This document shows, one piece after another, positions 1 through 8,150 of a stretch of 39,375 nucleotides of DNA. This DNA comes from Verrucomicrobiota bacterium. GTDB lineage: Bacteria > Verrucomicrobiota > Verrucomicrobiia > Chthoniobacterales > UBA10450. Below the pieces are notes generated by a model. The model was not told the origin of the DNA. It saw only the letters and a program-made list of their open reading frames with translations, and did no database searches. Every line of letters starts with the position of its first letter. The stretch's first letter is position 1. The stretch covers positions 1-39,375 of the forward strand of contig JBKPGQ010000008.1 of assembly GCA_046729455.1 (NCBI GenBank). The letters are read 5' to 3'. Made by a program: the position numbers and the translations under genes.

Positions 1-1311
1 GCCATCCGCCTCTCTTTTTGCGCGAGTGTCGTCGGAATCAGTTCGAGTTTCCTCGTTCATGTTGGAGTTGCGGCAGAAAAAGGCACGCTCCTCACGGGCA
101 AGGCCGCCATGGGCGATTGGACTAGCGATGCGCCCGGAGTGCGCCGCAAGATCACTGTCCAAGATTTGCCTCCGCCGGGTTCAAATGTTTTAGCGATCAA
201 TCGCGCGCGCGTGATCGATCGTCCGGCGGGTGTTCAGCCCCAAGTTCCGCCAGGTTTCAAAATCAACTTATACGCCAGCGGTTTCCGCGACCCGCGGTTT
301 CTGCTCACCGCGCCAAACGGCGACATCTTTGTCGTAGAAAGTCGCGCCAATCAAATTCGGGTATTGCGTGATACAAAGAAGAGCGGCAGGCCCGACGCCA
401 ATGAAATCTTCACCGAACACAACTTGAACAAACCCTTTGGGATCGCCTTTTATCCGCCCGGTAACGAGCCTCAATTCCTGTACGTAGCTAATACCGACGG
501 CGTGATCCGCTTTCCCTATCGCAATGGCGATCTCAAAGCGCGCGGGCCAGCGCAACAACTGGCCACTCATCTTTCCCCAGGCGGGTTATTGCGCGGCGGT
601 GGACACTGGACACGCGACATCGTTTTCTCGCCGGATGGCAAGAAGATGTACGTATCGATCGGTTCACGCTCGAATGTTTCCGATAAGGCAGCGGAAGAAA
701 ATCGCGCCCGCATCTTCGAATTTAATCCCGATGGCACCGGACAAAAGGTTTACGCATGGGGTATTCGCAACGCTGTCGGAATTGTGTTTCGGCCCGGCAC
801 GAGTGAGCTCTGGATGAGCACAAACGAACGGGACGAGATCGGCGAAGATCTACCTCCCGACTACATTAGCAGTGTGCGTCCCGGCGACTTTTATGGCTGG
901 CCGTGGTTTTATATCGGCAATCATCCCGATCCGCGACACAAGGGAAAACATCCTGAGCTCGCTGATAAGGTCATTGTTCCGGATGTGCTCGTCCAGGCGC
1001 ATTCGGCCAGCCTTAATTTGTGTTTCTACACCGGCGACCAATTTCCGTCTGAATACAAAGGCGACATCTTCGCCGCCTTTCACGGTTCATGGAACCGGAT
1101 GAAACGGACCGGTTACAAGATCGTGCGCGTGCCATTCGATCATTCGACAGGCAAAGCGCGCGGGGAATACGAAGATTTCGTCACCGGTTTCGTTACATCC
1201 GAAGGCAAAGTCTGGGCTCGCCCCGTGGGAATCACCGTCGCAAAAGACGGCAGCCTTCTCATCAGCGAAGACGGCAACGGTACCATCTGGCGAGTGAGCC
1301 ACGGCGGATGA
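1..1311 (+). CDS. PQQ-dependent sugar dehydrogenase (soluble glucose/L-sorbosone dehydrogenase family), 5' end probably outside the window
   Basis: The ORF track gives 109..1311, but the same frame has no stop back to nt 1. That upstream stretch (AIRLSFCASVVGISSSFLVHVGVAAE...) is hydrophobic and looks like a signal peptide. The body has motifs typical of GSDH-type beta-propellers: GFRDPRFLLTAPNGDIFVVE, GGHWTRDIVFSPDGKKMYVS, FYGWPW. Confidence 0.75.
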   Translation, partial: AIRLSFCASVVGISSSFLVHVGVAAEKGTLLTGKAAMGDWTSDAPGVRRKITVQDLPPPGSNVLAINRARVIDRPAGVQPQVPPGFKINLYASGFRDPRFLLTAPNGDIFVVESRANQIRVLRDTKKSGRPDANEIFTEHNLNKPFGIAFYPPGNEPQFLYVANTDGVIRFPYRNGDLKARGPAQQLATHLSPGGLLRGGGHWTRDIVFSPDGKKMYVSIGSRSNVSDKAAEENRARIFEFNPDGTGQKVYAWGIRNAVGIVFRPGTSELWMSTNERDEIGEDLPPDYISSVRPGDFYGWPWFYIGNHPDPRHKGKHPELADKVIVPDVLVQAHSASLNLCFYTGDQFPSEYKGDIFAAFHGSWNRMKRTGYKIVRVPFDHSTGKARGEYEDFVTGFVTSEGKVWARPVGITVAKDGSLLISEDGNGTIWRVSHGG

Positions 1312-1435
1312 CCTGGCGCAGATGCAAATCCGCGGAAGTTAACCCCAATGTCAAACGTTGAGATTTGACCCCTTTCTCTCCTGTCCGCAGCCCCCAAAAT
1401 CTAGACGTCATCACGAACTGCGTGCTGGCAGGATC

Positions 1436-4210
1436 CTATGGTGTAACCTTTGCCACGATCGCGCGGACCTTATCGCCCTCGCCCGGACTGTCGGACTTGT
1501 CGGGGAAGTTCGCGATCAACCACGCCGTGTTCTCGTCGGCGGGGTCGATCACCGCGGTTATGTAGTCGGCGATGCCGATGTTGGGGCCGCAATACTGAGG
1601 TTTGCTCGACGGATACTCACCCGGGCCGATGACCTCGCCGTTCTGAAACCCGCGGCTGTCCGCGTACCACACACTGTATCGCGCCTCGTGATTGAGCGTC
1701 GTGCTGTAGCCCCTGCGACCATGGACGATCACGATGTGACCATCCTCGGTCACCGTGATCGCGGGACACTCGGTGGTTACCGTATCCGAGCCGAACGTTC
1801 GATACCAGGGCGGCCCGGTAATACTGGGACTCCCCGAAAGGTTCTCGAGGTCGACTCGCACGAGTCGGATGGCCCGGAGCTCGGTCGTTCCGTTGGATGC
1901 TCCGGTCTTGTGCCAGGCGTGATAAATTTTTCCGTCGCGAAACACCGGCAGCGTCTCAGCTCCTTTGATCTCGAGCGGGTCGCCGTCCTTTAGCAGCTTA
2001 GTCGTTGTGGATTCGACCGGCGGGAAATTCGCCCAGTCAGTGGGGTGCTTGAAAGAGAACACGTCGAGTTTTCCCGATTTCGCCTCAGGCCGGATCAGGA
2101 ACGTCCGGTCGCCCGTGTCGCCGTAGTGCGCCAGCGGGTACACGTCCGGATACGCCTCGTCGAAGGTCCCGATGTCCTGGTCTGTATGCGGGAACTTCTC
2201 GTCATGGAAGAAGGCCGACGGATAGATCTTGTGGCTCCGCGGATAGGGTTTGCCCTCGATGAGGTCGGAGACCGACAATGCGTACACGTACGGTTTTCTC
2301 CCCATCGGTTGGACCCAAGGCACGTAGCCGGCAGAGTTCGCCTCCGCGACCATGACGTCGCCGTTAACTGAGAAGCGCGGCCAGTCGAACGACTGCGTGG
2401 CTTCGGTCGACATCCACTGATAGAACCCGTCGCGCGGATCCTCGGTCTTGGAGACGGCGAAGGCCCAGTAGCGCCGGTACAGCGGATTGGCGGCGGCCTT
2501 CGAGACGTTACTCGGATCCGTTTTTCCGCAACCGCCGTACGCGAAGTTTGTCAGGGCCCAGACGCACTTGGGAGGCCGAACGGAAGTGACGACGAAAAAG
2601 CGTTTACTCTTCTGGTCGAAGTAGACGCGCGCATCATTAAACTGGCCGAGGCAGGGCGGAGGAGCCATACCCAGGTTCGTCGGGGTGATGGAGTCTGGGT
2701 CGCAGTGCACCGACGAACCGGGAGGGAATTGATCGCTCGCGCCCTTCGGCGGGAATCCGGTATGCCGCTGGATACTGTGTTCGTTGGGCGAACCGTCGGC
2801 CAGTTTTCCGAGGAGGAATGTGGCGAAGAACTCATTCGTGCTTATTGAATTGCCGAAGCGGTTCCCGTTCTTGTCGAAGAAACCGATCTCAAGATTATTC
2901 GAGATAACGATGTAGTTGTTGCCGACAGCGATGTGCGGGTCCTCTCCCTCGACACCCGGCTCGAATCGATCGGCCGTTCCCACGTGGACGGGTGCGGTGT
3001 TCGATGGGGTCCATTGACCGTGCAAGAGTGAGATCGAATGCTCTCTCCATGCGATGACCTTCATGTTCCCCGCCGCATCCCGCACCGGTGTCCCAAGCCA
3101 GTCGCTTCCCAGTGGCACAACTGAGAGCCGGTCGACGGCTCCCGTCCGGGAGGTGCCGAGGCGAACGACGTCGTCGATAGCATCCCAGGTGATTAGCGCC
3201 AGCTGACCGCTTGCATCGCAGACGGCTGTGACGACACGAGTCGCATTCTGCGTCGTCATGTCTAGGGTGGAAATCTCGCCCCCTCCTGCGCTCGAATGGA
3301 GGGAGGCGTGTCCGGAAGCGTCGAAGTCCCACGTGTGGACAACTAGCTGATCCTGGAGATCCCGCGCAGCCGTGGCGATGCGCCGGTGGCTCAGCGTGGC
3401 GGCGACGACGTCCTTCATCCCTGCCGGGGAGTTGAAGGTGTCGAGGAGATGAAATTCTCCATCGTCGCCGTCGAGCGACCATGCGCTGATTTGGAGATTG
3501 CCGTTTTGCGTCGTCACAGCCGCCGCCAAGCGGCCGGTATCAGTCGGGAATGAATCGTAGCTTGCTAGCGAGATCTGATCGACTTTCTCTCCGGTGAAGT
3601 CTTTCAACCGGCTCAAAGTTCCGTCGGATTTGACGCGCCAAGAGATAAGCTTGAGACGACCCAGCGAGTCGTGAACGGCCGTCACCACAAGATCAACGCC
3701 GAAGGTCGTCAGCGCGAACTCCGCGTCCTCGATCTCTCCGGTCTTTCCGCTCCCCCGGCGAACAATCGAGCCGTCCTCACGCGTGGTCCAGACTGTCAGC
3801 TTCAGCTTGCCGGTCTTATTGCGTATCGCCGTGACGAACCTTGCCCTTGTGACCTTGGTCTCGGGCGATCGCTGCAGTGAGCCGATAGCGAGTCTCGTCC
3901 GTTCCATCGGTTCGCCCTCCTCGCTACCAAGGCGCGTGACAGACCCGTCGTACTCCACCTGCCACAGGATCACCTTCAAATTGCCTGCCGCGTTGCGCAC
4001 AGCAGTCGCGATTCGGTTTCCGCCGATCGGTGTCGATGCAACCCCTTGAATCGGGCCGGCATCCCCATTACTCCCCGTCCGTTCGAGGTAGCTCCAAGGC
4101 TCTTGCGCATCCGCAGGAAGGCTCAGCAAGCAGGTGCTCAAGTAAAAGGTGATTAATGTTGTGAGGGTTGTCGCGCATTCGCCAATAGTTTTAAGGCTTT
4201 GCTGCTTCAT
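1436..4210 (-). CDS. Secreted 924-aa protein of unknown function: N-terminal seven-fold Trp-anchored repeat region (propeller-like) plus a ~520-aa C-terminal domain
   Basis: Long uninterrupted ORF with an N-terminal signal-like segment (TLITFYLSTCLLSLPADA|QEP). It has seven repeats with the core TAVxNxxGxLKLIxW...DGxxxRL, with Trp at residues 83, 141, 191, 244, 294, 342 and 388. I recognise no catalytic motif in the C-terminal half. Confidence 0.8.
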   Translation of the reverse strand: MKQQSLKTIGECATTLTTLITFYLSTCLLSLPADAQEPWSYLERTGSNGDAGPIQGVASTPIGGNRIATAVRNAAGNLKVILWQVEYDGSVTRLGSEEGEPMERTRLAIGSLQRSPETKVTRARFVTAIRNKTGKLKLTVWTTREDGSIVRRGSGKTGEIEDAEFALTTFGVDLVVTAVHDSLGRLKLISWRVKSDGTLSRLKDFTGEKVDQISLASYDSFPTDTGRLAAAVTTQNGNLQISAWSLDGDDGEFHLLDTFNSPAGMKDVVAATLSHRRIATAARDLQDQLVVHTWDFDASGHASLHSSAGGGEISTLDMTTQNATRVVTAVCDASGQLALITWDAIDDVVRLGTSRTGAVDRLSVVPLGSDWLGTPVRDAAGNMKVIAWREHSISLLHGQWTPSNTAPVHVGTADRFEPGVEGEDPHIAVGNNYIVISNNLEIGFFDKNGNRFGNSISTNEFFATFLLGKLADGSPNEHSIQRHTGFPPKGASDQFPPGSSVHCDPDSITPTNLGMAPPPCLGQFNDARVYFDQKSKRFFVVTSVRPPKCVWALTNFAYGGCGKTDPSNVSKAAANPLYRRYWAFAVSKTEDPRDGFYQWMSTEATQSFDWPRFSVNGDVMVAEANSAGYVPWVQPMGRKPYVYALSVSDLIEGKPYPRSHKIYPSAFFHDEKFPHTDQDIGTFDEAYPDVYPLAHYGDTGDRTFLIRPEAKSGKLDVFSFKHPTDWANFPPVESTTTKLLKDGDPLEIKGAETLPVFRDGKIYHAWHKTGASNGTTELRAIRLVRVDLENLSGSPSITGPPWYRTFGSDTVTTECPAITVTEDGHIVIVHGRRGYSTTLNHEARYSVWYADSRGFQNGEVIGPGEYPSSKPQYCGPNIGIADYITAVIDPADENTAWLIANFPDKSDSPGEGDKVRAIVAKVTP

Positions 4211-4338
4211 TCCGGAATGCTACGAGTCCATTTCAGATTTCGCTTTTCAGCGCAGCCGCACGTGCATTTGGGAAGGAACGGACTTTAGTTCGTCATTGCG
4301 CGCCCGTGCGTCTCGCGTGACCCTTTGGTTGGCGCAGC

Positions 4339-5991
4339 ATGAAGATCGGTTTTGCTCAAATTAATCCGACCGTCGGGGATTTGAGAGGGAATTGTGAACT
4401 GATCATCAGCGCTTACGAGCGGCTTACTGCCGCAGGCGCGGAATTAGTGCTAACGCCGGAACTGGCCATCACTGGATATCCTCCGCAGGATTTGGTTTTT
4501 AAGTCACGGTTCGTCCCGGAAAACCTTGCTCTGCTGGAAAAACTGCATGCTCACGTGGGAAAGGCAGCGTTGCTGGTCGGATTTGTTGATCGCAATGAGG
4601 GGCGTGGCAAACCCTTTCATAATGCTGCCGCTTTACTCGAGCGCGGCAAACCGATCCGCAAAACGTACAAGTCGCTTCTCCCTACGTACGATGTATTTGA
4701 TGAGGACCGTTATTTTGAGCCTGCCACGCGCGTCGAACCGTTTGAAGTGCATGGAAAGAAAATCGGTGTGACCATTTGCGAGGATATCTGGACGGACGAT
4801 TATCTGCCGCGACCGCTTTACGAAGTCGAACCGCTGCGCCGTCTAGTGGAGCAAGGCGCCGAGATCATTTTCAATCTAAGCGCGTCGCCGTTTCGCCTAG
4901 GGGCGCCTGCGTGCCGGCTTGAAATGATTGCGACGCAAGCCCGGACTTATCAACGGCCAATCTGTTACTGCAACGTCGTTGGCGGGAATGATCAACTGGT
5001 CTTCGATGGAAACTCGATTGCCGTTGGCGCTTCCGGCAATTTGATCGCGCAACTGGCAGCCTTTCGCGAGGACGAAAAAGTCGTCGATACGGATTCGACA
5101 ACCGCAATGGAATTTCATGAAAGGAAAACGCCGGAAGAACTTTTCGCCGCGCTTTCCTTGGGAGTTCGCGATTATTTTCGCAAATGCAATTTCCATTCCG
5201 CGGTAATTGGACTGAGCGGTGGAGTCGATTCCGCAGTCACTGCGATCATCGCAGTCAATGCGCTCGGAGCTGAGAATGTGACTGGCGTTTCCATGCCCAG
5301 CCCATACTCATCGCGCGGCAGCATCGATGACGCACGCGCCCTTGCGCACAATCTCGGAATTAAATTTCTCGAGATTCCGATCACCGATGCGTTCAGGGAT
5401 TTCAAAGCACAGTTCAAGGAAATTTTCAAAGCACTGCGCGAAAACGAGACGGAAGAAAATATGCAGCCGCGCCTGCGTGCAATGACATTGATGGCGCTCT
5501 CAAACAAGTTCGGTCATCTCCTTCTCACCACTGGAAACAAGAGCGAACTAGCCGTGGGGTATTGCACGCTCTATGGCGATATGGCCGGCGGTCTGGCTGT
5601 GATCAGTGATGTGCCGAAAACAATCGTTTACGAGCTAGCACGCTGGATCAATTCCGATTACTCGCGGCAGATTGGTCGTAAGAACGAGGTCATTCCAAAA
5701 TCGACAATTGAAAAACCGCCCAGCGCAGAGTTGAAACCAAATCAGAAAGATCAGGACACATTGCCGCCATATGAGATTCTCGATCAGATCCTGCAGCTTT
5801 ACGTGGAAGAAAGCCTGAGTGCGCGCGACATCATTGCGCGCGGATTCGATGAGAAAACGGTGCGCTGGGTGCAGCGACGCGTTGATCTTAACGAATACAA
5901 GCGGGAGCAAGCCGCGCCCGGTTTGAAAGTAACAAGCCGCGCCTTTGGGATCGGCCGCAAGATGCCGATCGCACAGAGATATGTCGATTAA
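4339..5991 (+). CDS. nadE: Glutamine-dependent NAD+ synthetase (N-terminal CN-hydrolase/glutaminase domain plus C-terminal NAD synthetase domain)
   Basis: 550 aa. The N-terminal nitrilase-like domain has the GVTICEDIW Cys motif. The C-terminal domain has the PP-loop SGGVDS and the conserved TGNKSELAVGYCTLYGDMAGG block. Confidence 0.9.
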   Translation: MKIGFAQINPTVGDLRGNCELIISAYERLTAAGAELVLTPELAITGYPPQDLVFKSRFVPENLALLEKLHAHVGKAALLVGFVDRNEGRGKPFHNAAALLERGKPIRKTYKSLLPTYDVFDEDRYFEPATRVEPFEVHGKKIGVTICEDIWTDDYLPRPLYEVEPLRRLVEQGAEIIFNLSASPFRLGAPACRLEMIATQARTYQRPICYCNVVGGNDQLVFDGNSIAVGASGNLIAQLAAFREDEKVVDTDSTTAMEFHERKTPEELFAALSLGVRDYFRKCNFHSAVIGLSGGVDSAVTAIIAVNALGAENVTGVSMPSPYSSRGSIDDARALAHNLGIKFLEIPITDAFRDFKAQFKEIFKALRENETEENMQPRLRAMTLMALSNKFGHLLLTTGNKSELAVGYCTLYGDMAGGLAVISDVPKTIVYELARWINSDYSRQIGRKNEVIPKSTIEKPPSAELKPNQKDQDTLPPYEILDQILQLYVEESLSARDIIARGFDEKTVRWVQRRVDLNEYKREQAAPGLKVTSRAFGIGRKMPIAQRYVD

Positions 5992-6001
5992 GCGAATATT
6001 A

Positions 6002-6074
6002 TGCACCGTGCAGGAATCGAACCTGCAACCCAGTGATTAAGAGTCACTTGCTCTGCCAATTGAGCTAACGGTGC
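6002..6074 (-). tRNA. tRNA-Lys (anticodon CTT)
   Basis: The reverse complement reads GCACCGT-TA-GCTC-AATTGGCA-GAGC-A-AGTGA-CTCTTAA-TCACT-GGGTT-GCAGG-TTCGATT-CCTGC-ACGGTGC-A. This folds as a full cloverleaf with a 7-bp acceptor stem, a T-loop TTCGATT and anticodon loop C-T-CTT-A-A. CCA is not encoded. It closely resembles canonical bacterial tRNA-Lys. Confidence 0.9.
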
Positions 6075-6284
6075 AAAATTTTGGGAATTTCTATAATTTC
6101 GAAGTCCGAATTTCGAAACTGTTGAACCAAACCGCAACCGGAAAATTCGGGTTGTGTCCGAGATGATTTCCGATTCCTTGCGCGTTCGGCAGGCAGGTTA
6201 GCTTGCCGATTGAGTCATCACATTTTAGCTGGAACGCTTTGAGCCGGTGGTCGCTTGGGGATTCGCATACCCGAAATCCAAAAA

Positions 6285-7208
6285 CTAGAAGATTTCTGCT
6301 GGCGTCTTCGCTTCGGTCTCGGCAACTCCGGGGTCGAGGAAGCCCAGTGCGTGCGGGGGTTTGATCACTCGAACGCCGGCAGCACGCTGATTTTCCATGA
6401 TCTGATCGCGCAGCGTCTGCATGCGTGTCCAATGCACCTTCGGTCGGAAATGATGCTCCGCGTGGTAGCCGTTAAAAAACCAGATCCAATTGTAAAGTTT
6501 GTCGTAACTGCTAACGCCCCAGGCAAGCGGCTCGTCCGGGTTACCACCATAGTGCCGGTAGTAGCCGTTAAGGTAGGAAAGACAATGGCCGAAGTACCAG
6601 AACGGAAGAAGAAAACAGATGTAACGCCAGTTGAGGACGCCGAGAATGACGAATGTGGAAACGAACAGCGTCAACTCTGTAACCCCCCAGAAAGCGTCGC
6701 GCGGGTTCTTGCGTTTCAATTCCCGGTAAACCGTCTTTGGATCTTCACGGAAGAAACTGAGGAACGTATACTTTAGCGGGTGCTCGGCATCACCGTCATG
6801 CCCATGCTTGTAGATCGAAATCCAATCAACTGTCGCGCCGTGCTCATCAGGCCGATCAGCATTTCCCTTGTGATGCTGCATGTGAATGCATTCGTAAAAA
6901 ACCTGGCTAAAACCAACAGTGATTGATTCAAGAATGCTGAACAGGCGGTTAAGCAATGGCGATCGGAAGTAAGGATTGTGAATTAAGTTGTGCGAAATGC
7001 CATTGATATTCCATGAAATGCTCACTGAGTATACGAAGCCAAGAATGAGCATGATCCACAGCGGGGCCCGCGGAAAGAGAGAGAACATTCCGAAGAAATA
7101 GACGCAGTGGAAAATCGCGGCCAGTACAGGCAGCGCGTCCCAGCGGGTGTGCGCAAAAATACTCGAATCCGTTTTAGGCGATTCGATGACGACCGCGTTT
7201 GATTTCAT
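6285..7208 (-). CDS. Integral-membrane fatty-acid-desaturase-superfamily protein (three His boxes), copy 1
   Basis: His boxes HNLIHN, HMQHH and HAEHH sit between hydrophobic segments. The ORF track extends to 7283. The ATG at 7208 (MKSNAVVIESPKTDSSIFAHTRW) aligns with the N-terminus of the paralog at 16728..17681, so I take it as the start. Confidence 0.8.
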   Translation of the reverse strand: MKSNAVVIESPKTDSSIFAHTRWDALPVLAAIFHCVYFFGMFSLFPRAPLWIMLILGFVYSVSISWNINGISHNLIHNPYFRSPLLNRLFSILESITVGFSQVFYECIHMQHHKGNADRPDEHGATVDWISIYKHGHDGDAEHPLKYTFLSFFREDPKTVYRELKRKNPRDAFWGVTELTLFVSTFVILGVLNWRYICFLLPFWYFGHCLSYLNGYYRHYGGNPDEPLAWGVSSYDKLYNWIWFFNGYHAEHHFRPKVHWTRMQTLRDQIMENQRAAGVRVIKPPHALGFLDPGVAETEAKTPAEIF

Positions 7209-7330
7209 CACGTTAAATTTTTTGTCGCGCAGCGTAACAAAGTCAGCAGGGCTCGACCAGTTAAAAAACCTGCTCAATCTCAATTAATCGGACAAACAGA
7301 GGACGACCGGATTGGTTGGAAATAAAAGAG

Positions 7331-7504
7331 CTACGCCTGCGTATGGCGCGGGTAGTGCGTTTCGACGCGCTTTGGGAGCAAGCGTTTGCGGCCACGTTGG
7401 CGCCGGCGTGCCAGGGTTGCACGGCCCCCTTTGGTTTTCATGCGGGCACGAAAACCGTGCTGACGTTTGCGTGTTCGCTTGGATGGCTGGTAAGTGCGTT
7501 TCAT
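7331..7504 (-). CDS. rpmH: 50S ribosomal protein L34
   Basis: Hand translation of the minus strand gives [57 protein letters not shown] (57 aa). This matches the L34 consensus MKRTxQPSxxKRxRxHGFRxRMxTxxGRxxLxxRRxKGRKxL. It is missing from the ORF track, whose shortest listed ORF is 60 aa. Confidence 0.85.
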   Translation of the reverse strand: MKRTYQPSKRTRKRQHGFRARMKTKGGRATLARRRQRGRKRLLPKRVETHYPRHTQA

Positions 7505-7664
7505 AAAACCGAAAACAGATTCGGTGCGATTTAAGAGCGGCTAAAGTAAGGTCGACGGCAACATTGTCAACGCCACCAAGCGCATCAATAGTTAATGCCG
7601 GCACGGCGTGTCAGGCTAATTTGATTGCCAGGACGGCGGGTTTTTGGAATAAGCAGTAGAACGA

Positions 7665-8150
7665 ATGGGCGAAAAAGAAAATGTGGTGATCGAGCCGGCG
7701 ACCGAAGCCGACCTCGACGAATTGTCGCAAATGCTTGGTGATTTGTTCGCTCAGGAAAGCGACTTTCGCCCGGACAAAGACAAACAGCTTCGTGGTTTGC
7801 GCTTGATTTTCGAACAACCCAGCCGTGGGCGCGTCTTTGTATTGCGGCGAAACGGGGCCATCGTGGGGATGATCAATTTGCTGTTTACAATTAGCACCGC
7901 CGAGGGCGGCTTCGTTATCCTGCTGGAGGACCTGGTGATCCACAAAGAATACCAAGGGAAAGGTTACGGCACGAGGCTCCTGCAGCACGCGATCGATTTT
8001 GCCAAACAGAAGAATTTCCTCCGCATTACGTTGCTGACCGACCGTCCGGAAAATGTGGCGCAGGAATTTTTCCGTCACCACGGTTTTGTCGAGTCTTCAA
8101 TGATTCCGATGCGCCTGTGGATCACGCCGCAACAGAATAGTGATCAGTGA
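7665..8150 (+). CDS. GNAT family N-acetyltransferase
   Basis: 161 aa. Acetyl-CoA binding motif A-like segment LVIHKEYQGKGYGTRLLQHAIDFAKQ. Size and layout are typical of GNAT proteins. Confidence 0.8.
   Translation: MGEKENVVIEPATEADLDELSQMLGDLFAQESDFRPDKDKQLRGLRLIFEQPSRGRVFVLRRNGAIVGMINLLFTISTAEGGFVILLEDLVIHKEYQGKGYGTRLLQHAIDFAKQKNFLRITLLTDRPENVAQEFFRHHGFVESSMIPMRLWITPQQNSDQ

Noticed and set aside
1358-1993. 211-aa ORF on the + strand (and the other 60-195 aa ORFs overlapping 1436..4210)
   Set aside because: These are antisense or out of frame within the 924-aa gene, which has a signal peptide and an internally consistent repeat structure. The overlapping ORFs are Arg/Pro-rich.
4211-4338. 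GGAAC...CGTC motif in the nadE upstream spacer as another ECF promoter
   Set aside because: The spacer between GGAAC and CGTC is only 11 nt, which is incompatible with the 16-17 nt ECF promoter architecture.
7284-7604. 106-aa ORF on the - strand
   Set aside because: It covers the same DNA as rpmH in a different frame. The L34 reading matches a universal ribosomal protein almost residue for residue, and the 106-aa reading has no protein-like features.
7590-7650. GC-rich segment followed by GGGTTTTT on the + strand upstream of the GNAT gene (possible terminator or attenuator)
   Set aside because: I could not draw a convincing stem by hand, and there is no upstream + strand gene for it to terminate.
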